Program-made: the position numbers and the translations under genes
The notes under the pieces: generated by a model
Told to the model about the DNA's origin: nothing
Databases searched by the model: none
What the model saw: only the letters and a program-made list of their open reading frames with translations
Assembly (NCBI RefSeq): GCF_006345805.1
Contig: NC_043001.1
Span: 82,584,001-82,648,000, forward strand
Length of the DNA stretch: 64,000 nt
Reading direction: 5' to 3'
Source: Octopus sinensis
Taxonomy: Eukaryota
Shown here: piece after piece, positions 53,400-64,000 of the stretch
Layout: every line of letters begins with the position of its first letter
How positions within the stretch are numbered: the stretch's first letter is position 1

Positions 53400-54560
53400 T
53401 AGTGTGTTGGCCGAATTGTGAGTACGTTGGATGTTTAGCAATATTTATTCCGGACTTTTACATTCTGAGTTCAGATATGGTCGCTGTCAACTCTGACTAT
53501 CATTCTACCAAGGTCTATAAAATAAGTGCCAGCTAGAGGCCAACCAAATCGCCTTAACCATTCCACATAAAATTACTAACCTTATGCTAAAATTTGAACC
53601 AATTATTTTCTCTAAACACACGAACGGTGAACTGGCAGGATCGTTAGCGCGTCGGATAAATTGCTTAACAGCCTTTAGACCGGCTCTTTACATTCTGAGT
53701 TCAAATACCAGTGAGTTCAACGTTGCCCTTTATCTTTTCAAGTTCCATAAAGTGAAATACTGGGATTGACAGTATCGACTAAATCTCCTTTAAAATTGTA
53801 GCCCTTGCTCCTAAATCAGAAACCATAAGACTGCAAGAGTTCAGATACTGTTGAGGTCAACTTTAACCATCATCCTTTCAAGGTCGATAAAATAAGTACC
53901 AGTTGAGTTCTGAAGGTCAATGTGATCGACTTAACCATTCCACCTAAAATTACTAGCCTCATGCCAAAATTTGATCCAATTATTCTTTCTACATGGTGAG
54001 CAAGCAGAATAGCGCGTGAGACAAACATTAGCAGCATCTTTCTTCTGGCACTTTACGTTCTGAGTTCAAATACCATCGGGTTCAACGATGCTTTTTATCT
54101 TTCCGAGTTCCATAAAATAAAGTGCCATTGAAGTACTGGGATCGATAGTATCGACTACCTCTCCTTTAAAATTGTAGTCCTTGCGTCCTTGCACCTAAAT
54201 CATAAATCATAAGACAGCGAGAAGGCAGAATTGTTATACCCGAATGGCTTGCTGCTTTATATCAGCGTCGATAAAATAAAGTACTTGTCAAGTACTAGGC
54301 TCGGCGCAGTCGACTAAACTCCTACACTTAAAATTGCTGGTCATGTGTCTAGATTAGAAACCATTCCTTCTAAATACAGAATAGTGGATTGGCAGGACTG
54401 TTTGAGCACTGGATTAAAATAACACGAGGTATTTAGTAACGGTTCTTTAAATTATAAGTTCAAATCCCGCTGCGGTTGATTGTTAGTGTGTTTTTTTTTC
54501 CTTTCATCTTTCCAAGCCGGTTATGTAATGAGATAGATTTAATAACCTGTTCCCTCAACA
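53400..54560 (+). repeat. Head-to-tail array of diverged family B SINE units
   Basis: About six units. Diagnostic variants recur with a period of about 365-373 bp (53464/53837 and 53690/54055). Confidence 0.75.
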
Positions 54561-55059
54561 GACCCCATATTTACATGGCATCATACCTGCTTAAAATAGA
54601 AATCGTTATTTCTACTTTGTGTAGTGAGTACCGTAAAATACCAAGTGGCACAGTCGTCATCCCGTTTCTACGGTTGTTGTTGCTAAGGAGTTTCCCTTAC
54701 GTTATTAGTGCCTCTGAAAAGTATATGAATAACCTCTAAAGACTCATTTTCCCAGTCACTCAAAAATATGAGCCTTTATAATTATAAATATGACGCTTTA
54801 TAGCTATGTCAGAAATTCTTACCCGACAGATAAATATTACCTTTTCAGATAATAGGAGCAAATCACCCGATTCTTTTACAAGTCTGCCTCAACAAATATC
54901 AGTGATTACACGTGGCTGTGCGGTTAAGAAGTTCGTTTTGAAACTATGCGGTTTCATATTCATTCATGTTGCGCAGCCACTCGGGCAAGTGTCTTCTACT
55001 ATAGCTCCGAGCCAGCCAATGTCTTGTAAGTGAATTTGGTAAACGGAAACTGTATGGAA

Positions 55060-55099
<40 letters not shown>

Positions 55100-55104
55100 T
55101 TTTT

Positions 55105-55395
55105 CTTTTATTCTTTTACTTGTTTCAGTCATCTAACTGGAGGCCCATGCTAGAGTACCGCCTTTAGTCGAACAAATCGACCCCAGGACTTATTCTTGTA
55201 AGCCTTGTACTTATTCTATCGGTCTCTTTTGCCGAACCGCTAAGTTACGGGGACGTAAACACACCAGCATTGGTTGTCAAGCAGTGGTGGAAGGACAAAC
55301 ACAGACACACAAATATATATATATGTATGTGTGTGTGTGTGTGTGTATACGACGGGCTTCTTACCACACAGCCACACCTGCGCCTATACACACAC
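55105..55395 (-). mobile_element. SINE family A 3' part (a head-bearing + copy lies at 54907-55055)
   Basis: Near-identical to 508-780. Confidence 0.85.
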
Positions 55396-55407
55396 ACATA
55401 TATATAC

Positions 55408-55952
<545 letters not shown>

Positions 55953-56168
55953 TACTTAAATTTTCCTCGAATGAGGCTTTTACATGCCGAAGACTACTTG
56001 GTGTAATTGATAATTATTCCAAATTAATTAATTTCACCCTTCATTATTACGGATATATATATATATATATAACGGATTATAGGGATCGCGTAGACTACAG
56101 TGTTCCCTACTGAATTGTGTTCGTCCTTTCTTCTTCTTCTTCTTCTTCTTCTTCTCTTCTTCTTCTTC

Positions 56169-56229
<61 letters not shown>

Positions 56230-58034
56230 CTGTATGAGTTTGTGTTTGTCACCACCACTTGACAACCAGTGTTGGTTTGTTCACATCCCCGTGATTTAGA
56301 GACCGATAGCAGAAGTACCACACTTGGAAAAAAGAGAATAAGAAAAAGAAAAAATCCCCCAGAAAATATAAGTACTTGGTTTGACGTGTTTAACTAAAAT
56401 CCTTCAAAGCTGTACACCCGCATGGCCGCAGTTCAGCGACAGAAACGAGTAAAAGGTAATAACAGATACAAGAAGATACCACAAACTTCATTCCAGCACA
56501 CCTACAGCCACACCATTATTCCAACTCACTTCATATTCTCATCATTACAATGAAGAGATCAACTCGAGTCGCTGAGGCATTGCAAAGCTATGATGCCAGA
56601 AGTAACGCGATATGGCTTTCTTCCTGACTACATTTACATGCTAAATTTAATTAAAGGCCCCTATCTCTTTCTGAACAACATATACAGTTTAATATCTTCA
56701 CTGTTTTCCGTTGCAGTTGAAAGACAATTATATATATTGGTTAATCCCAGATGTTTGGAACATGGCACTGTGCTTGCTTGTTGTGTTCATAAATCCAGAT
56801 TGTTAACACAGATTGTAAAAGCCATTTCTTACTACACCATTCATTGCCTTAGTCATTCTCGGTTCACTTCAATACGTTTCCTGTCATTTATTGCCACACA
56901 CGCACAGAATCATTTAGTAAACTAACAACTTCATTCCTCAAACCATTTCATCCTTTACCTCATATCCTCTTTCGTTTCTCGACGCCTCTTAATTCCTTCT
57001 TCTGAAGCTCCCTCTTTCTTTCTTTCTTTTTCATTTTTTTCTTTCTACCTGACTTTTCCTTTCCTACTCCTATTTCAAACGCTTCATATATGTATGTGTA
57101 TCTGTGTGTTTGTCTGTATGTGTGAGCTTTTGTATGTGTATGTGCCTGTGTATGCATATGTAGGTTTTTATGTATAATTTTTCTTTATTCCTATTTATAC
57201 GTATTCTAGTCACTGGGCTGCGGTCATGCTGGAGTACCATCTTGAACAATTTAGTCGATCAAATCGAGCCCAGTATTTAAAATTTTTTTATAAAAAATGT
57301 CCGGTGCTTACTCCAGCGGGTTATCTCGTCGAACCGCTATGTTATGGGGACGTAAACTAACATCGATTGGGGTATAAACACAGTCGCAAAGACACGCACA
57401 CGCACACACATACATACGCACAGCCTACAACACATATATATAAGACCGAATTTAACAACTATAAATCCTCCTTCAGTATTAGAGACACAACGTCTCAGCA
57501 TTGGCAAGATATGCCTGGTCATTAAAAGAAAGATCCCTGGAGTACAATATCAAGGGGGAAACTCATAGAGAAGTGCAAGCCTTATTTTAAGAGCAGCATA
57601 AAATTAAGGTTATGTTTAGCCGAGAAAAGGATTCTATGAAAAAAAATTCTTTGTACCCGGACATCTACCTAAACTGCAGAAACGAGATTTTTAGCGGGCC
57701 ACACTATGATTATAACATTAGGTTCTCAACCATGGACCCTTCTACCATTACATTGTAATGACATATATATATATGTATATGTATAGTCCACAACATGGAC
57801 TGAAATCTTCTTAAGAAAATGAGAAATTACAATAATTTCAATGTCATGATTAGAGAAAGTGAAACCGGTCGAAAAACATAATATAATATATATTAAAACT
57901 ATGTAATGTGTATACATTTCTTTTATATATATATATTGTATTACAATTCATCACGTGGAGATAATCGAAATTCCTCCCTTTGTGTTACTAGATATATATA
58001 TAAATATATATATATATACACATATATATATATA

Positions 58035-58065
<31 letters not shown>

Positions 58066-58068
58066 GTA

Positions 58069-58125
<57 letters not shown>

Positions 58126-58661
58126 GGGGGGTATGTATGTCTATATATATATGTATGTGTATATATATATATGTGTTGGGAGAGGATCGTATGCATGCAT
58201 TTCTATTTAACTATGAACATATATGAATACGTCTATCTGAGTTTGTGAATATATCAATGATAACCAATATACAGAGAAGCAGTGAGTTAAACGGTATAAT
58301 GACGTGATAAAACGCCCCCGTTATTTATTACACAATGGCTATTGTTAAACGATTTGTCAGTATTTTCCTTGAATAGTTTTGTCGCGTAAATTTATATATT
58401 AGATTCTAAAATGGTCTTAGTTTCAATTTATAAAATATAATATATAAAGTAAAATGCAATTACAGGCTTTTCTGATTTATTATCTTTCATAAATGTGAAA
58501 ATAGGTCCATTAAAAACTATTTGCCGTTAAATGACATCATTATCTCTAGTGGTCGATGTTTCAAATCCAAACCATAGACTAAAGCTTTGATTTATTTGTT
58601 AGTTTATTGAGTACGGGATTTCATGTGTGTGCGTGTTAGCATGTGTGTTATTTCGTGTGTG

Positions 58662-58720
<59 letters not shown>

Positions 58721-58855
58721 TAGTGTGTATGATAGAGACAGAAAAAGAGACAGTGTATGCGTATGTGTGTATGTGTACGTTTTTGCATGTATATGCGTGT
58801 GTTATGTATACGTACGTGTATGTATATTTAAGGATGTATATGTACATATATATGC

Positions 58856-58897
<42 letters not shown>

Positions 58898-58974
58898 ACG
58901 TACGTGTATGTATATTTAAGGATGTATATGTACATATATATGCGTGTATGTATATATATAACGGGAATCTTTAT

Positions 58975-59175
58975 GAAAATAAACAAAAGACGAAGGCAGG
59001 TGGAATACAAACAAACAATTGTATTAGTATGGCGCTCAGGAATATAAATAAAACAAGTCTTTTACGTTTCGAGCCTACGCTCTTCAACAGAAAGACACAC
59101 AGAGAAGAAACACGGAGAGAAACAAGGAGAGAAAAAAAATGCGTGCAGAAGCTAGCGAATCAACATGGCGAATCA
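58975..59175 (-). mobile_element. Solo PLE terminus, same family as 2655 and 34965
   Basis: Colinear with 2655-2820 and 34965-35090. It carries the best-preserved hammerhead motif. Confidence 0.78.
59057..59096 (-). ncRNA. Minimal type I hammerhead-ribozyme motif
   Basis: GTCTTT-CTGTTGA-A-GAGC GTAG GCTC-GAA-ACGT-A-AAAGAC: 6-bp stem I, 4-bp stem II, palindromic ACGT stem III and a UA cleavage site. Confidence 0.75.
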
Positions 59176-59238
59176 ACATATATATATGTTACATAACCGA
59201 CCTGGAAATATGAAAGGGAAAAAAACACACAAACAATA

Positions 59239-59425
59239 AACCGCAGCGGGATTTGAACTTACAATTTAAAGAACCGTAACTAAATACCCCGTCTTATTTT
59301 AATCCAGTGCTCAAACAATCCTGCCAATCCACTATTCTGTATTTAGAAGGAATGGTTTCTAATCTAGACACATGACCAGCAATTTTAAGTGTAGGAGTTT
59401 AGTCGACTGCGCCGAGCCTAGTACT
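59239..59425 (-). repeat. Inverted duplicate of 54291-54477
   Basis: 187 bp with only a handful of mismatches. It spans a SINE tail, a unique spacer and the next SINE head. Confidence 0.9.
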
Positions 59426-60128
59426 AATTCTATCGGTCCCTTTTGTCGAACTGCCAGATTATGCGGACATAAACACATCAACATGTGTGTGTGTGTGTGT
59501 GTATGTCTGTGTGTCTGTGTGTTTTGTTTGGTTCCCACTACCATTTGGTAACCGGTGTTAGTTTGTTAACAATTCGGCAAAATTCACCGATAGAATAAGT
59601 ATCAGATATTTAAAAAAAACAAATAATAAGCACCGGGGTCGATTTATTCGACTATACTCTTTATCGTGGTGCCCCAGCATGGCCGCAGCTCAGTGACTGA
59701 AAGGAATAAAAGAAAAGGTAAAAGATAATTTATGGGTTGGAAGTAATGCGTATGGTAGAGGTGAAGTTGAACAGGTAATGTCTAAAGAGGGATAATGACC
59801 GAGTTTGTGGTGGTAGCTTGGTATTCAAAGGGGAGCCGCTAATCTGGAAAACATATGGTAGTTATTTTGTAGGAGAGGCTGAAGCAGCTATAGACATACA
59901 CACTTATAAATACAAATACTCACAAATGGCTATACATAAACACAGGTATGTAACACACATGTATAAATACTAATGTATACAAATAGATGTGAGAGGAAAG
60001 ACAAGGGTGTGTATAATCGGATACATATATTCTTGTGTAAATATACACACAATAAAGCTACAGATATGGATACAGACAAAGATATATACATCCATAGCTA
60101 TGTGTGTATGAATGTAACTTCATATGTA

Positions 60129-60910
60129 CGAAGGGGTACCCAAAAGAAACCGGAATTTTGCAATATTATTTTATTCGCTTAATTTTATATATTTAGGATC
60201 TTTATCTTTTGACCGGCAGATTTAGAAAATAATTTTTTGTAACTAAACGCTTTGAAACTTCGTGTACTGATAGAATGTGTCATGTAAAATACCTTTTACT
60301 CTTAGCGTTTTCGAGAAAAGTTTATGTTTACGAAGTTATTTCGTGTTAAAGTTTTCGTATTGCGGTATAATTTCAACCAATCAATGACGTGTATTCAGCT
60401 GAATAAAATTACTGCTTCAGATACACTAGTTTATTCATATAAATATAACTGAAATGAAATATGTCATAAATAACATTGACAAACGAAATATACACCGCCG
60501 GGAGTTGTTGACAAACAAAAGCAATAATTTTATTCAGCTGAATACACGTCATTGACTGGTTGAAATTACCGAAACACGAGAACTTTAACACGAAATAACT
60601 TCGTAAACATAAACTTTTCGCAAAAACGCTAAGAGTAAAAGGTGTTTTATATGACACATTCTACCAGTATACGAAGTCTGAAAGCGTTTAGTTACAAAAA
60701 GTTATTTTCTAAATCTGCCGGTCAAAAGGTAGAGATCCTATTTTTAAACTTTTATCGCCTTCAAAGTATTCTCCGTTTGAAGCTATGTTTCGGTCCAGGC
60801 GCGTTTTCCACTATTCGAAGCAGTGCTGGAACTCTTGCGAAGTGATGCCTTTTAACGTCTCCTCATTTATTTTTTTCTTCACCTCTTCCACATCTGCAAA
60901 TTCTGTAGCA
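60129..60910 (-). mobile_element. Mariner 3' end, interrupted by a MITE
   Basis: Terminus TA+CGAAGGGGTACCCAAAAGAAACCGGAATTTT. The minus strand encodes DVEEVKKKINEETLKGITSQEFQHCFE*WKTRLDR...ASNGEYFEGDKV*. Confidence 0.8.
60196..60738. mobile_element. Foldback MITE with ~220-bp TIRs and TA flanks
   Basis: GGATCTTTATCTTTTGACCGGCAG...CTGCCGGTCAAAAGGTAGAGATCC. Arms are about 60196-60417 and 60520-60738, with TA on both sides. Confidence 0.9.
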
Positions 60911-61494
60911 CCTGCTTTCGTCGCCAATGATGACCTTCGATAAAAGGGTCTGGATCAATTTCCAACGGTTGTTCTGTATGTTCGTATTGGAGCTTCCGGT
61001 GCGAGTGTCAAGCAGTACATGTCGTTTTCAATTTCTGGTATTGTGTCATGATGCTGCTTTTCTCGCAGACGGTACTCAACTGACCTTGCTATACTGTGTA
61101 GTCGACAAAATCAAAATCAACATGTGCATACGCTAAATCAACCCTGGTTAAACATTGTCATATAAGGAGAAAGCCTTGGCGATAAGTTAGGGATTATTAT
61201 TGTAATACATATTGTTAATAATGAAAGGAGAATTATGGATGTATAAATAATTTATTTGTATGATATAATGAGGTTGAAAGTTTTTTTTATAAAAAACGTA
61301 TATGTAGGTTTTTGGCATTGAAACATATCTTTTATCTTTTATTGGCAAATGCCATTTCTTTTAGAGCTTTATAATTTATAATTTATTTGTATTGTTTATC
61401 TAAAAAAAAAACTTTCAACCTCACATCATACAAATAAATTATTTATTCATCTATGGTAAATATTCTTTCCTACTCTAAGCACAAGGCTCGAAAT

Positions 61495-61680
61495 TTTGGT
61501 GGAGGGGGCCAGTCGATTAGATCGACTCAGTACGCAACTGGTACTTAATTTATCGACCCCAAAAGAATGAAAATCAAAGTCGAACTCGGCGGAATTTGAA
61601 CTCAGAACGTAAAGACAGACGAAATACAGCTAAGCATTTCGCCCAGCGTGTTAACATTTCTGCCAGCTCGCCGCCTTACA
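61495..61680 (-). mobile_element. SINE family B, full length
   Basis: Head AAGGCGGCGAGCTGGCAGAAATGTTAACACGC and the central ATCGACCCCAAAAGAATGAAAATCAAAGTCGA motif. Confidence 0.88.
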
Positions 61681-61694
61681 TCCAAAGTAAATAT

Positions 61695-62245
61695 TGCCTC
61701 GCTACCTTCCTTTAATCTGGAAGGCAAGGCAATTTTCATCCACTGGTGGCTATAGTGAAAGAATGTGTATGGTGGACTCGTTTGAAATGCTTAGAGACGA
61801 ATACTTTCCTCTCTGGTCAACCTCCCATCAACTTTTTCAAGTATTACTTCAAAAGGAAGATGAGAATAGAAGGGTAGGTTTTGTCTAATGAAAAGTTTAA
61901 TAAATGGCAGGTGAATGTAGCAAAGATGGTACGCATGAATGACGGACCCATTTTGAGCATGAACCTATAAAACTAAAAGAGAAAGGACGTTTTGCACTCA
62001 TGTTTATTTTTTCCGAGGTTACCGTGGGATTTTTTCGTAGGTTTTTCTTTCCACGGATAGCCCTAGTCAGTGTTATATTTTCTCCCCCTTCTGGGAATTT
62101 CTGTTGTTAAAACGTTACCTTGTTATCTCTTTGTATACACGTCCCAAAACGTTTTCGATCCCTATTGATCGGTTTTGAAAAGAAACCGATCAATACATTG
62201 TATTGTCCTCTCTGTGTTCGGCCCTGCGTGGTCAAATAAAGAAAT
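61695..62245 (+). mobile_element. L1/Tx1-clade LINE 3' end with tail
   Basis: IVKECVWWTRLKCLETNTFLSGQPPINFFKYYFKRKMRIE is homologous to 5500-5650. The tail is TGTATTGTCCTCTCTGTGTTCGGCCCTGCGTGGTCAAATAAAGAAAT. Confidence 0.75.
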
Positions 62246-62285
62246 CTATTTATACATCCATAATTCTCCATTTTCTTTCTTTCAT

Positions 62286-62344
<59 letters not shown>

Positions 62345-62669
62345 ATGCATGTGTGTGTCTTTGTGACTGTGTCCTGTAGAACCGCTTGACAACCAAATCC
62401 ATTCGCAAGGCTTTAGTCGGCACCAGACTATGGCACAGTTCTAGACACTTGCCCAAGGTGCCACACAGTGGAACTGAAAGCAGGAGCACGCAGTTGGGAA
62501 GAAATATTCTTACCATACAGCTTCTCCTGTGTCTGCACATCCACTGCATATATAGTGAAATTACAATAAATGAAAATTATACGTCACTACACCAAATAAT
62601 ACACATGAATTTAAGACAGAAGAGAAACAAGAAAATTGTTTAACGATTTCAAATCCCGGTTTATATGGA

Positions 62670-62701
<32 letters not shown>

Positions 62702-62733
62702 GCGCGCGCGTGTGTGTGTGTGTGTGCGTGTGC

Positions 62734-62800
<67 letters not shown>

Positions 62801-63837
62801 GTGTTCGTGCTAGCGTGCGTGATGCAAATTATAAAGTTTGCAGATAATTCTATATTTAAAATAAAGCGATGCTTTTAATACACTCCGAAGCTCTTTCAGT
62901 TTTTTGAAAAGCTTTCACATGTACCAAAGTAATCGAATTCTAGACTACCGCCATCTCTTAGAATTTAGCAGTGGGCGGTTTCTTCATGACAGCGCCAAGT
63001 ATTTCAAAAGAATAGAAGCGTTATGAAATTCATTTGTCTTGCTAAAAGGCAAAGCAACTCACTCTAGAAAAGATATGAAACGATGATGCATATGCTAGTA
63101 AGAAGAATTATGTATTTGACCAATTTTATTTTGATTACTATTCATTTTGAATGCAAGGAAAATACATACAATTTTTATACGTTTCACTTGTCTCAGTCAT
63201 TAGACTAAAGCCATGCTGGAGCACCGCTTGGTATATTTACTGATAGTCAAGTCACGTGGTTAAGGTATTCGACTCATAGAGAGAGTAACCACAAATTCAG
63301 AGTGGGTCTGTCTGTTTGTATGTTCTGTGTGTCTATGTGCATGTGAAAGCACAGAGCTTAATGGTTAGGAGTATTCGGCTCCCAATCGTAAGGTCGTAAG
63401 GTCGATTCCGGGCGGCACGTTGTGTCCTTGAGCATAACACTTTATATTACGTTGCTCCAGTCCATTCAGCTGACAAAAATGAGTTGTACCTGTAATTCAA
63501 AGGAACAGTCATGTGACATTCTGTGTCATGCTGAATCCCCCTTGAGAACTACGTAAAAGGTACGCCTGCGTGTATGTGCGGGGGGGGGTGTAATTAAATG
63601 ATTATTCTGGAGCATATTTACCATCTACTTCAATTACTGCTTCCCATTTGCTTGGCAGGCGGTCAGACTGTCATTTAAAGATGTTTTTGTTTAAAGATGC
63701 TTTCAGAAATTTGAACTAGGAACTTTTATGCTTCTTTTTTCTTCTTTCTTTCCATCACCTTATTCTTTTATTCGTTTCTTCTATGTCATCATCTCATTAA
63801 TATATACCATTCTCATTTTCCCTATTTTTCCCTATTT

Positions 63838-63893
63838 GTCTCTGATGACGGATTATCCCATACTCGGGGATATACCAGAAATAGCAATAAGAT
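63838..63893 (+). ncRNA. Decayed hammerhead-like motif (PLE terminus type)
   Basis: GTCT-CTGATGA-C-GGATTATCCC ATACTC GGGGATATACC-A-GAAATAGCAATA-AGAT. Confidence 0.45.
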
Positions 63894-64000
63894 TATGAAT
63901 TTTTACCAATAATAATATTGTATACGACTTGAAATGTTTGCCTTGCCTTAATGTTTGCTGTCTTGCTTAACAATTATGTATCTGCTGCATTGGAAATCTG

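Noticed and set aside
56590-56925. 111-aa non-repetitive ORF
   Set aside because: No recognisable domain, splice context or codon-like pattern. Chance ORFs of this size are expected in 64 kb.

Overview
This is AT-rich eukaryotic genomic DNA with one 100-N scaffold gap (9996-10095). I infer a coleoid cephalopod, probably Octopus, from the repeat landscape: dense tRNA-derived SINEs, Dong/R4, Tx1, RTE and Penelope relics, and (TA)n/(TACA)n/(TAA)n/(GATA)n tracts. No host protein-coding gene can be called with confidence, and most of the ORF track is microsatellite translation. Supported content: one full-length and two partial Tc1/mariner relics, a hAT MITE with an 8-bp TSD, a defective DNA transposon with TIRs, two coding Penelope-like element (PLE) relics, three Tx1 3' ends, Dong/R4 and RTE fragments, and dozens of SINEs. 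The most notable signals are five. (1) Six minimal hammerhead-ribozyme motifs from four PLE-type families, including a family-wide A6->U core variant and a U3-A8 compensated core. (2) A near-perfect 440-bp palindrome with a 1-nt loop. (3) A young non-coding element that sits only in (TAA)n tracts, with a filled/empty site pair inside the window. (4) A SINE whose 3' tail matches the 3' tail of the Tx1 LINEs. (5) A 187-bp inverted duplication joined through SINE microhomology. All alignments and translations were done by eye, so the ends of degraded elements are approximate.
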